A stretch of DNA of 63,279 nucleotides, filler included, from Welwitschia mirabilis (taxonomy: Eukaryota), in assembly GCA_051453625.1 (NCBI GenBank). It is 3 parts of one record of this genome, joined end to end, with 100 filler letters (N's around TTAATTAATTAA, not from the genome) between each part and the next. Parts side by side here need not be neighbours in the genome. Positions count along the whole stretch, not along the records: positions 19,528 to 43,278 come from JBOZIK010000001.1; 2 more parts are not named here. One strand, written 5' to 3'. The first letter of the stretch is position 1, and each line of letters starts with the position of its first letter. The notes beneath the pieces are model-generated. The model ran no database searches, was not told the origin of the DNA, and worked only from the letters and a program-made list of their open reading frames with translations. The position numbers and the translations under genes are program-made. This document shows, piece after piece, positions 27,073-39,970 of the stretch.

Positions 27073-27405
27073 TCTTAAAAATGCCTTAAATACTTTTAAG
27101 GCATTTATTCACAAAACGCTTAAAAAAACCTCACCATATGCTTTTAAGATGTTTTTAAGGTGTTTTAATAAAAATGTATTAAAAGATCTTTTGTGGTTTT
27201 TTTTTTGAAGAAATACCTTAAAAAGCCTTTTGAGGTAATTTTTTAAGGTCTTTCGCGGTGTTTTGAAGAAATGCCTTAAAAGGCCTTTTATGGCATTGAG
27301 GCATATTTTTGAAGAAACATCTTAAAAGGCTTTTTAAGGCCTTTATTTCTATAAATGCCTCAAAATCTATTTTGAGTAATTTTATCAAATAAGTGCCTCA
27401 AAAGA
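27073..27405. repeat. Left subterminal repeat array (13-bp motif in alternating orientations)
   Basis: About 15-18 degenerate copies, e.g. near 27079, 27094, 27211, 27269, 27332, 27353 and 27391. Confidence 0.9.
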
Positions 27406-30281
27406 CATCACCTGAAAAAAATAATAAAATAAATGCCCCTAACGTGCAATTAGCACATCCCTAAATCATGATGTGGTCCTTTGGTTGGAGGTTTTTGGAT
27501 TGGTCTATGTGGAAAGAAACCAAAGGATAGCTAAAAAATTGAATACTAGCAAACAGAAGTGAAAATTGCAGAGGCAGCAATGTACTAACAAGTCATCTAA
27601 AAGAACTTACATTATGTAATGGATTTTGACATTGAAAAGTAGGTTTTTGGGAATTTTGTTGTTATAGGTTATGAATACTAAATAAAAACAAAAAATAGAT
27701 TGACAAGTAGAAATGAGTGCATTATTATAGAAATAAATGATAATTATGTCAAACGTGGATATTGTCAAACAGTACTGAAAAACATGAAGTATGGTATGAA
27801 CCAAATTTTTATCTTCTAATGTTACACACATAACATGGATATTATCTAAGATGTCAACATACAATTTAACATTTACAAATGCTTATTATGCTAATTCATA
27901 TGATCTTTTACTATCATGACTTATGCACAACTAATATTTTCTTTCACCCTTCCAACTACTTTCCTACATGATAACTTAATAAGGCATAGATCATTTATTT
28001 AATGAATGTGTATTAATTCTAAGATTTATGTTTCTGGTCCATTATACTTTAAATGTAATCGACCATGATATATATGATTTGAAATGCTACTGGTTAATGT
28101 ATTAGTAGACTTGGAAGCTTGAAAATTAGTGCATATTTTCAAGACACTAAAATATTACTAGGTCAATTATCTAGAAGACTCCAAAGGTAATGGGGTAAAA
28201 TTGTTTTGGTAAATATGGGAAAGCCTGATTTTGAGTGAGTTAAAAATATATATTGCATTACAACATAATGTAGATTATTAATGTAAGCAGAGAAGAAAGA
28301 GAAAAACCTGGAAACTTTTGGTTTGATTCCCTCTTCTTTCAGCTAAGTTCTTTTTTACTGAGAAAGTCACTCCATTCAGGAACCTATGACTTCTCTAGTT
28401 CCATCTCTGCATGGCTCTCACTACCTAAGTATAGGTGGTGGCGTAGTAGTAGGTCATAGATATGGTATATGCTTCTGCTTCGAGAGTTTTTCCACTAAAA
28501 ACACTATTCTATCTAAGAGAGAACATGTTGCTAGATATAATAGATCATGGGGTCTGTTGTGCCCTCATTGTCACCTCCTTCAGGGCTATAGAATTTTGAT
28601 TTTGAATTGTTTATGCAACTCCAACATAGATCTTGCTCCTTCTCCCCTTTGCTCCCCTTTTTTGTGTGTGTATGTGTGTATGTAAAGAAGTTTCATATGT
28701 GGAAATGATTTTGTTATCTACAGTATCAGTGTTACAAGTCACGTTCTCTAAGAATCTTCATCTGTGCTTGAACGAATCTTGATATTAGTATTGACTAGCC
28801 TCAATAATAGCTATTATAGCTCAGAAGCCTTTTTAGATGGAAGAATGAAACATGCAATGACATGTCTTCTTGTCCGATGAATTCAGGGATGGCTCTATAA
28901 CTTTATGTAGATCTGTGAGTATACTATGAATTCACTTACTTCTCTCCCAAAATCTGATTTCAACCATCTTAGCAAAGATGAAAAAATTGAAAAAATGCTA
29001 AAGCCTTCCTTGTGGCTACCTCCCCCAAAGCGTTGTTTTTCCCTCACTGTTTGTACTAGAGACCTGTCCATTACCTTTTCTTGCATTGCTAACTCTCTAT
29101 TTTCACTACTATGCTTCTTTTGACTGCCATTCTTTCCTCTATGATACTAGCATTTTCTCATAGCCATAGTTTGTCCCATTGCGTCTTTGTCTATCATCCT
29201 TTCTCTGCTATGGCTTGGTGTTATTCATCCTTACTGTAGATACTTCCTAGCTATCTACAAGAAAGTTAAAGGTTTCTTATGAATGTATAGACTACTATGT
29301 TAGAACCAATCCAACAGTGGAGAGGAAATAGTATCTACAAACCACTATACAAACCTTTTTTCATATAAAAATGTTGACACTTCTCTGTATGGACAGTATT
29401 AGAGGACACTTACAAATCTTCTAGACATTTGTAAGAAGAATTTAGATGGACAACAAGGTTCTTTTACTTATTATAGACTAGCATGTCTCATACCAGACAA
29501 CATTTCAACAACACTGTTGACAATATATTGACAATTGGGGAGGAGTGTTTATGCATTCTTTACCTTAAACCATCTCACTATGTAGCACTAAAATCAATAA
29601 TCAAATCTTAAATCTGCAAAGATACTCTAATCTATTACTCCTCATACTCAGTTACTGGGCATGCATCCCTTAAGGTTAGAAAGACAATTATTCTCCCAAA
29701 GATGATTGCATGTGACATGGATACATCCACCTTGCTCATTTTACATTACTGGTACTATGGCATTGTTGCTAGAACTTGAAAGTTATGTTAAAGCTAGTTG
29801 AACTAGTTAACAAGATACCCATGCCCCTAGCAATCCACACCCCCTAAATGTGTTAGCAGGTACCTATTAAAAGCTGTGTAGCACATTCAAAGCAATTATT
29901 ATGTCTCTAAATTATTTTACACATCTCCAATAACACACATCTCAATTCTAAAAGACTATTTGTTCCCCAATTCTTTCACATGTCTCCACTAACTATGCTC
30001 TTGCTTCCCTAGGTCTACGTATGTTACTCGTATTTTGCTCCACATTTGTTTAGAGTCAAGTAAATTTTCAAAATATAGCACTGTGTATGGATGATTATGT
30101 ATACCAATCAGAACTTTTCATCATCCACATTCTACTTTTTCCTTTTCATCACATAGACCAAATAAATAAATAAGAATAGAAGAAAAGATAAATTCAGATT
30201 TGTTTCATTTTTTGCTTCTTTTACAAACAAGGACCATTAGTCTATAAGGTAAAAAAAATATAGTAAAAGAAAACAAAGTAC

Positions 30282-30400
30282 TTTCTCATTTACTAGTAGG
30301 AAATGCCTCAAATCCTCACTATACCAGAGCTGTGGATGAGATGCTATTCAATTGATGAAGACACCTTATCCTTGACATTCTTGGTTCAGTAAACTTTGCA
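30282..30400 (-). pseudogene. SNX1: Sorting nexin 1 next exon fragment
   Basis: VFIN*IASHPQLWYSEDLRHFLLVNEK matches SNX1 D.F.NRIA.HP.L.QSEDLRTFLQADEE. It is followed by a GT donor at 30281-30280. Confidence 0.85.
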
Positions 30401-30934
30401 TTTAATAAAAGCTACTATGCATTGCAACATCATGTATGTAAGGACAGCCTGCAAATGCAACGTCTAGGAAATAGGATGCAATTTGCAAAGCAAAATATGT
30501 TTATAAAACATGTTATGCAGTAATCATTAGAGACTAGACTAATTATGGAAAAGATAGAGACCATAAACTTAATTCTAAGTTTGATATTAGAAGCCAAAGT
30601 TACACAATATACAAATTCAAAAGCATTTTATTGTTAATACTTAAAGAAATATATGTGAAGTGTTCATAATCTCTCATGAGGAAAATTCCAGAGTACAAAC
30701 ACATCCAAATGAAAGGAGGCCTAAAACACTATTTTTTAGAATAAAGTATCTTTCAAAACAAGTTCATACTCTAAATAAAATAGGGCATGCATGATGGAGG
30801 GAAGTATAAATATGTTCTGCTATCAAGTAATTAATTGTAGCATATAATTTCCTTGCCTAATATTCTTATCAATGTATTAAATAAAAACAAAAAGAAAGTG
30901 CTGAATGCAGTTATTATTAACAGAAGAATCTTAC

Positions 30935-31070
30935 CAACAACACTTTTCTCAAGAAGTGGAGGAACAAATATCCCTTTGTACTTTTCAGCAAGACATTCAT
31001 GCAACCAGAAAAAATCATTGTATCTCCTGATAACAATCTTATTAGTGTCTTGGTATTTAGGCATATTAAT
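30935..31070 (-). pseudogene. SNX1: Sorting nexin 1 PX-domain exon fragment
   Basis: INMPKYQDTNKIVIRRYNDFFWLHECLAEKYKGIFVPPLLEKSVV matches plant SNX1 TNLPEYQG.EKIVIRRYSDFVWL..RL.EKYKGIFIPPLPEKSAV. It ends at a GTAAG donor, and the acceptor has decayed to AA. Confidence 0.9.
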
Positions 31071-34000
31071 TTATAAGGAGAAAGAATTTAGAACATAAGC
31101 ATAATCATTACATGACATCAGTGCCTTGGTATTACTAAGGTAAGATACAGTTAATACACAACCATTACAACCTTAGATTGGGAGAGCTATAAGAGGGTCC
31201 AGATTTCCTATAAGTTCATCCTCATCTTTACATTTTCTTTTAGTCACTGATGGTAGGGACATTGATGCTTCAGAAAGAGTTGTTTACTAAAATTTTTAAA
31301 TGCTAAATTTGGGAAAACTAAAGTGATGACCAAATGGGTATTACATGTTCGAATTTGTGGTGCTTTCCAAAGGTAAAAAATAAAGAAAAAATTGGTTGTG
31401 CAAGATTAAAGAGGCACCAAATGATGAGAGGTATTACAAAGGTAGAGTGGTAGTAGAGGGTGTTGAAGAGTTCACGTTATTAACAACTTTTTAGTAGTAG
31501 TAAAGCTTAATAGTACTTTTTCCTAAAGTTTCTCTTAGATTAGGGCTGACTGTCAAGTTATTTCATACTCAAGGACCTAGCAAAAACACATCTACTAAAA
31601 AATCCTAAAAGAGAAGGCTCTGTCAATTTAATAAGCCCTTAGTAAAAATAGAAGATAAAAAAGTCTGGTAGGTCTACCTCTATAAACTAGCGCATGAAAT
31701 TAACAATATTAATTTGTAAACTTTAAGTCATGAAAATTATTATTTACATTACCAACTGAACTACCACATGCCTTTCTTGGTACAATGTCCATTATCCATT
31801 ATAAGATATTACAGAGTTAGAGTAGGTTAACTATAACTTGCAGAGACTTAACAGCAAAGTTTGCCCTGATCTAACTAGATCTTTAGATTTTATATGTCTT
31901 TTACTCTCTTTAGTATGCAAGGACATGAATATGGAACTTGTGTGATAGGATTACTATTTGGATTAACCTATAGAGCCATCATTTGCCCATGAGTTGCTAA
32001 TTTTTTGTTTTGAACAATAATCCATGGGTATATGGTCACCAATCGAGCAGGAAGTCATACAAACTATCTAGGATTACTAGTTATAAATAGTGAACATACT
32101 AGATCTTGTGTTTTTATAGATTAATCCATTGTCTGACATGGTGGAAGTATGCTTAAAATACCATACTAAAAATTATGCATGGATTTCTGACAACTAAGAA
32201 AATTACATCCTGACGTCCTGATAATACTAGGAATACCTCTTGAGTAATGACACTATCAAATTTAGTTTTTATCAATCTTGTTTGTGTTTTCATTATTTCA
32301 AATATATTTAAAGAGGAGATAGGCAAACATCGAACTCATTTAATCTTTCATTCATCTACATAACCTACAAAATTAGATCTAACAATTCAATACACATGTG
32401 TCATTTCCCTTACTGCAACCAAAGGCTCTCTGGAGAAATATGTTACTGTTTCTCAATACTAGATAATATAGGATGATCATAAAAGATGTTTTCCATTGCT
32501 AAAAGGCATTCCTCATCTGGTGTTAAACCCTCTTCTTCTGTCAAATCACATATTTCTTTATTTTATAGAACAAACATCAGCATTTCTTAATTTTTAGATA
32601 GATTACAAATAATTCAACTTAACTAGCCATGTGGTTTAAAATTTACTAAGTGTAAGGTATCACATAAAAAATTAAGAAAATAAAATCATGATGTGATGAA
32701 GAGATTTACAAGATCATTATGTTTTATTCCTATGCATAACCTCAGAACATTCAAAACTGCTTATTTATGTCCAAATGATATCATATTTTTAATTTTTTCT
32801 AATGCCATCCAAAATAAGTTTTGGTTTTGGTTTTATTTATTAAACACTTCTGAATTATGTATGATATTTAGATGTGCTTATGATCATGTAAACAAGTTAA
32901 TATTTAGGCATAACCACTAAAACATTTTTAATGTTTCGGGTAAAGTTCTTTCAAAGAATGACATACCCATAAAATGTGTAGAATTGTGTCAATAAAAGAG
33001 TTCCACAACCTAATCTTGTTTCAGCAATTGCAGGTTCTTGCATCATTGAGCCTCAAGAAAGAAGCAACAAAGGTATCAAATACAATAAAGACAAAAAATA
33101 GGCATGATTAACTTAAATGTAAGTAAATGATATTTATGATAAAATATTTCTTATCAATCATGTAAATGAAGATTTAACATGCAAGGCATCCCCTATTAGA
33201 TGACTCATNNNNNNNNNNNNNNNNNNNNNNNNNNNNNNNNNNNNNNNNNNNNNNNNNNNNNNNNNNNNNNNNNNNNNNNNNNNNNNNNNNNNNNNNNNNN
33301 NNNNNNNNTGTTCATGATATTTAGATGTTCCTACAATTATGCAAATAAGTTAATATTTAAGCATAACCACTGAATCATTGGTAATGTTTCAAGTAAAGTT
33401 ATTTTAAATGATGACATACCCACAAAATGTATAGAATTGTGTAAATAAAAGAGATCCAAAACCTAATCTTGTTTTAGCATTTATAGGTTCCTGTATTATT
33501 GATCCTTAAGGAATAATCACAAAGGTGTCAAATTCAATAAGGATAGAAAATAGGCATGATTAATTTGAATATAAGTAAATGATATTTATGATAAAATATT
33601 TCTTATCAATCATGTAAATGAATATTTAACATGCAATGCATCCCCTTATTGACATGACTCATTCAAAATAAAAAAGAAGTAGTACCCTCCCAAAATTGTA
33701 TCTCCCAATACACATCAATTCTAAAGAGAAAATAATAATGCATTTATACCAAGTTATGTTTAACAAATTTCTAAGAAACTTGTATGTTTAATTTCCTTTA
33801 CATGAAGAACAAAAGCATAAAAATAAAGTCATGATCAAAATAACTCTTATAAGTCTTTTCAATTAGCGAAAACAACGTCCTGGATTATTCTCTGCTTAAG
33901 AGATATGAGTATCTCTTGTATTTCAAAACTTGACTTTACTAAAGCATCTAGATGGATAGCCTTTTCGTATTTTTCATATGCTTTACTTAAAGTAACTTTA

Positions 34001-35861
34001 CTTCTAGACTTTTAGGTATTTTTCATATGAGTTATTACTAAATATGCTAAAAACCATAAGTTCACTAATGTAAAAATTATAAGTTCACTCAGATGCTAAA
34101 AATTAATTTGATACTAAGAGCCTTTTTACATGTACTAACTGCATCATAAATGTTACTTCTGGGTTGGCCAGATGATTTTGTCATTTCATATTACTAAAAT
34201 ATTGATTCAAGATTATCTAAGTTTTGCATTCCATTAATTAAAGAAATATAATTACATGTATTGAATGCCTGAGGACATAATAGCCTTATTTACTGACTTT
34301 ATACATAGAAGGTTACATCTATTTCAAAAACAATGGTGTAGAAGANNNNNNNNNNNNNNNNNNNNNNNNNNNNNNNNNNNNNNNNNNNNNNNNNNNNNNN
34401 NNNNNNNNNNNNNNNNNNNNNNNNNNNNNNNNNNNNNNNNNNNNNACATCAATCCTATGGAGAAAATAATAATGCTTTCAAAGAAACTTATGTATCTAAC
34501 TTTCTTTACATCAGGAACAGAAGCATAAAAAGAATGTCATGGTCAAAATGAATTTCATATGTTTTTCCAATTAAAAAAATCAAACTCCTGGTTTGTTCTC
34601 TGCCCAAGAGATATGAGTATCTCTTGCATTTCAGAACTTGACTTTAAAAGGGATAATAAAAGACTAAAGCATCTAGATGGACAGCCTTTAGGGTATTTTT
34701 CATATGCTTCACTTGAAGATCTATATGTAATTTTACTTCTGGGCTTTTAGGTATTTTTTATATGAATTATTACTAAAGATGTTAAAAATCATAAGTTCAT
34801 TGACATGAAAATCACAAGTTCACTCAGATGCTAAAAATCAATTTGATGCTAAGATCCTTTTTACATGTATTAACTGTATCATAAATGCCACTTTGAAGTA
34901 GGCAAGACAATTCTATCATTTCATATTGCTAAAATATTGATTCAAGCTTTAATAATTTAGTATACACTTTATAAGAAGCTAAGTTTTACATTCCTTTTGT
35001 TAAGGAAATATAATTGCATGTATTAAATGCCTGAGGACATAACAAACCCCATTTGCTGACTTTATACATAGAAGGTTACATCTATTTCAAAAACAATGGT
35101 GGAGCAGAAATGACTATATCATGTCTGATAATTTGTATTATACATTTGACATTCCACTAAACATGTCAAGTGCATAATCTAAACTCAAACAAAAGGTTTG
35201 TATATGGTTTCCTAGATGGCAAAAATATGTATAAAACCACCTTCGTCAGGTAGTGTATAACTAATTAGCATAGTCTCTGTTAGGTTCTTTTGATTTTAAA
35301 GAAGCAGGATTGTTTGTTTATTTTTATAGCTATAAATTGAAAGATTTCACATGAAGTCCAAATAGCTGAGTATCGTATCTTCTAGGCTTTGAAAGTAGCA
35401 AATCATATCCATATTATGAAACAAAATATTTCATATGAACCATGAGTACATCTAGTTCTGTCAAGGTCTTTCAGATTTTATCTTGAAATTGTTAAATGAA
35501 TAGCTTGAAGATTAGAACCTTCAATGCAAAATAACTACAGTTGTAATGTAGATTTTTTAAGACATATAGTTTACCTTAAAGAAAGAATTAACAGGTTTAA
35601 CCCTAGCACAAGCTATAGAATCAACTTCTTTGAAATGTATTGCAAAATACTCCTAGAACTACTCACTTGATAGGTGTAGATGCTATAAAATAAAAATATA
35701 GAGTGATTCTTGATCCTCTAATGTTTCTCAAATAAAAAAGAAAGATATAGTGCAATATGTGTAAATAGAAAGAACAACATGTATGAAACCACCTGACTTG
35801 TTATAGACTAGCATGTATCAGACAAAAAGAAGAAGAGCAGAACACTGAGGTAAAGAAATAC

Positions 35862-36900
35862 CTCTGCCAGTGGGCTTACTTCATTGGTACTGACATGCTT
35901 TCGTATGACTTCAGACTTTAACTTCTACATTTGCCTTACTCTTGCATTGCAAACTCCCATGGCATTCGATTCTACTAGGGTACAATTAACCAAAATAAAA
36001 GGAAATCCTTTGATCTCAAAACTAGGTAAATCAGATTTTAATGGATAGAGTCATTCAAACATGTAGAGAAATTAAAAACTGACATGGATAAATCATGAGA
36101 GCAAGCTTCTTTATTTTATTTAAAAAAAATTCTATGACAAATAAATTTTTAGCTTTATAAAAAATAAAGATTTAGATCTTACATGAAATGTGGACACTAT
36201 CTTCCACCATTGACCATCTTTCTTAACGCATGGACACTATCTTCTGATCCTTTTGATCATATTATTTTCACTCCAAGCAGTTGTGTTGTCCCTGGCATTT
36301 ATCTCTAACTTGTCCTCCCTGCTGCCTCTTCCTCAGTTACACTATTTTCATTCTTCTCTTTGAAAAACATCCTCTCTTCTCTCTGAAAACGTGCTCTTCT
36401 TTGACTCCTCTTCTCATTCACTGTGTGCTAGCTGTAGGGACTGCCTTCCTTTATAGGTATTGTGTTTGGGTACTGGCTTCTTCTGCTTCTGATTGCCTTG
36501 CCTTCTAAAATGCTGCTCTCTTTCTCCTCCATGTCATGCAGGCTACCACCTATAGTCTGACATTCTCCTGCGTCTACTGGTACCTTGCACATCTGCTTGT
36601 TTTTGTCTTCCACTACCTCTTCTTTAACCCTTGCAGATGTCTTCTTCTTTCTCACATGCTTTACCTGGGATTCTTTCTCTTGTCATTTTAGAAGGATTTC
36701 CTGGTAAAGATCTGGGTCTATTTCTTCTAAAACTTTCTTCAAGTTTTGACTCTGATCTCTTATGGACCGACGCTAGTGGCTTTCAACGTTCCTCTCCATT
36801 GCCTCCACCATTAATGGCATCATTTGCTTCATCTGCTAAGATACCATATTAATAAAATATTGGTTGTTCTGCATGTCTAGTGCCTTTTCTGCCACTTGCA
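35862..36900 (-). pseudogene. Unidentified exon-like, decayed coding fragments within the CACTA
   Basis: Purine-rich, K/E/R-rich frames (ORF 36428-36655). ...KKDGQWWKIVSTFH is followed by GTAAG at 36182, and ESNAMGVCNARVRQM*KLKSEVIRKHVSTNEVSPLAE by GT at 35861. No family recognised. Confidence 0.35.
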
Positions 36901-39694
36901 ACAGAAATCTACTTAAATGTTTTAAAAGGAGAGGAGGAAGTCTCTGTGTTACCTCAAGCGATGTTATTTTTTAGCAATTCAGATCTTTGGGAATTGAAAA
37001 TTAATGTGAAACATCTATCTGGAGTGTAAACACCTCTTGTTAGTAATCTTGGTATACTAGACCAGTTGAAGATTACAGATTAACTTGTTCAGAAAAAATT
37101 AATGTAAGATTTCCTTGATGAATATGGAAACCCTATTTTTAAAGAAAGATTGCAGAATTACAGAACAAGCTTTGGGCAAAGAAGATGGCTTATGTGAGGG
37201 TTAAGCTAAGCTCCGATTAGGTCAATTGCTTAATTCTACTTTTACAAACCGACTAACCCTAAAATAAGTTCCTTACTTTTCTTCAGTAGATCAAGGTTAA
37301 TGACTAGTAGGCGTTTGACAGGGGGGAAGTGATCAATGGGATGCCCTTAGGATTTTATTTAGTAAAGGATTAAGTTATCTGCATACCCATGTAAGCACTG
37401 CCTCCAAAATAATCTCCTCACTATAATTTTTCTTTACATGAAGCTTATATAAGACTGTTCATGTACACACTGCCTCTCTTTACAGTGCAAACAACCATAT
37501 CACTGTATTTGCAACTTCATTGTTCTATTTACAGCTTCCTTTTTTACTTTATTTGCCACCTTTTTGTCATTTCCTTTATCCATCATTAAACAGAGCCAAG
37601 TGGGATTGAAGACAAGGTGGATGCGAAAACCACTTTAAAAAGTGTGGTTAAATACACACTCAAATGTGCTGAAAATACATTTAATTAATCTTCATACAAA
37701 TGTACCTTAACCATTATGAAGTTTAATAATTAATCAAAGGATAGTGGGAAAAGCTAATGTTGTTAAGTTAGAAGAGAGTAGAGGTCTGTGAATTCATTCA
37801 TTTAGTGAGACATTTCAGATACAATATAACATGAACTCTTAGTCTATTTCATGAATAAATAAATCCTACATTTTGTGCATACTAAAATACAACCCACATA
37901 GTTTAGTATGGGTTTTGGAAATGCAACATGAAGTTAAGTAAAAACAGTAGTATCTGAAAGGGTTTTACAAACACTAAACATTTAACCAAGTGTTTATTAT
38001 TTAATACTTTGAATTAGTTTAAGTCACCTACTATTTTTCAACATTGATTTGGCCTACCTATATGCATGTTAAAAATCCAAAAATAAGCCATACAAAAAAA
38101 AAAGGAATTATTTACTTGAATGCATTTAGGACATGACCATTTCTATTAGAGTTTTTAGAAACATGAAAGATAAATTTTAATAGAATGTTAAAATACCTTA
38201 AACAAAGATGTCTCTGTATATATATGCACATAAGTGAAAGATAAGCAAAAAGACTTTTCTGTTACATTTTAATTACAAGATATGGAAAGGCCTATAATAA
38301 CAAAACATGTATACAAAACCCAATGTCTGTCTAGAAAATGGAGAATTTGCAGGTATTTTATGTATATTAACGAAACCCTTGAAATGAGGATGAAGGCTAT
38401 GACCAGGTTGAGAGACAATCAAACAAATAACCAATTAAAACTAAGAAAAATAAACAAATATGTTTTGTGTTTTTTCCTTCCATGTTAGCTTGTGGAATGA
38501 TGTGTATTACAAAGAAACACCACCATTATAAGGAGAGGTTATCAAGACAAGAAAGTTTGCAACAAAAAAGGGTGGAAATGACCATTTTTCACAAAGACAA
38601 TTCTATAATAAGAAAGTCTATTAACACTGTGAGATAAATCATGTCATCAAATACTAGTGTGGCCTTCATTTCGTCCTTATAAGATGTAGCCTTATTTGTT
38701 GTTACAAATCCTTTCTTGATTTTCCTTTGATTCCTGAAAAAATAGACGACATTCAAAAATCGAGAAAATAAGAAATGCAATACCTTGGCTTAAGTTATTA
38801 ATATAAAAACAAACAAGGAAATGAGAAGGACAGTAATTTAAGAAAGAGTGAAGGAGCCAGTGATAGATAACACCCTTTGAGAATAGGGCATTATTAACAT
38901 TGAAAGAAGACACTATGGAAACAAAGCTGCTAAGCTGTAAGAGCTGGCCACATTTACCATTGGAGGAAACTTCATTGTTGAGGGTTTGATGCCATAGTTT
39001 TCCAAGAGTTAGAGAGAAATATTTGAGCAAGAAAAATACTATTGTGCATCCACCTGAAAGGGTGAAAGCATTTTGAAACATTGGCAATCAAAAACACAGT
39101 AAAGAAAAACAACAAAACCATACCAACATAATGAAATAATAAAGAGGAAATGAACTCAGACCTTTTAGAAAAATGGAAGATGATAGTGAAAGGGGGCAGT
39201 GTTTAAAGAAAGAAGTCACTTTTGTGTTGCGTGAGGAGGAGTGAACAACCTGGAAACACTTAAATACATCAAAACACTAAAAACATTCTTAAACATGTCA
39301 GAGTTCAAAACACTAAAAACATTGCCAGACAAGTAAAAACAATGTGATCTTAGACAATGAAAGCGAAAGATGATCCAACAAAAAACTCAATAAATCATCA
39401 AACCTTGCTTAAGGAAGATTTTGAAGGGGAGGACCAAAACTTAGCTATTTGTGAAAGATCCGATCTTTGACGCTGAAGAAAGCATAGAAGAAATAGCCAT
39501 TTCCATAGCAAGAAATCAAACAAGCACAAATATTGAAGAGAAACCAAAGGGGAAAAAAATGCAAATAAAACCCTTGAGTCCGAATAGAGATGCCACCTTG
39601 TGCTGCTTCTTCAAAACCTAACGCGCTTCCTATGTAATAATCATCAAAAGCGCAAAAAATAAAGTGCGCGAATGATTCTTTTTAAAATTAAAGT

Positions 39695-39970
39695 TGCTTT
39701 TAGGTGTCTTTAAATACCTTAAAAAAGAGACATTATTTAAGGCATTTATTGAGAAATGCCTTAAAGACTTAGAATTTTCAAGGCGTTTATTTCAATAAGT
39801 GCCTTAAAATGAATTCGAAACTACTTTTAAGGTGTTTACCTAAAAAAACACCTTAAATAACTTTCTCCTAGCTTTATTTAAGGTGTTTATTAAATTAAAC
39901 ACCTTAAAAAGCTCTATATTTAAGGTGTTTATTTTAATAAATGCCTTAAAAGCTAATATTTCTAATAGTA
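39695..39970. repeat. Right subterminal repeat array and decayed CACTA TIR
   Basis: About 12 copies of the same motif as inverted pairs (e.g. 39735/39754, 39877/39897, 39918/39939), ending TTTCTAATAGTA. Confidence 0.9.

Larger units (their letters stand above)
27073..39970 (-). mobile_element. CACTA/En-Spm-like DNA transposon, apparently non-autonomous, inserted in Tekay RT
   Basis: RT stops at EKHL (27072) and resumes at LRNHQLYANIEKC (39972). Both ends carry arrays of AAATGCCTTAAAA/TTTTAAGGCATTT. The right terminus TTTCTAATAGTA is a decayed TTTCTAGTAGTG (reverse complement CACTACTAGAAA). The left TIR is missing. Orientation is inferred from the exon fragments. Confidence 0.8.

Noticed and set aside
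27073..27405. Spaced palindromic repeats resembling a CRISPR array
   Set aside because: Short 13-bp motifs in alternating orientation with irregular spacing, mirrored at 39695-39955, and no cas genes. These are transposon subterminal repeats.
38282..39087. Several 60-130 aa ORFs
   Set aside because: Low-complexity F/L/I/K-rich frames typical of AT-rich intron-like DNA, with no motifs.
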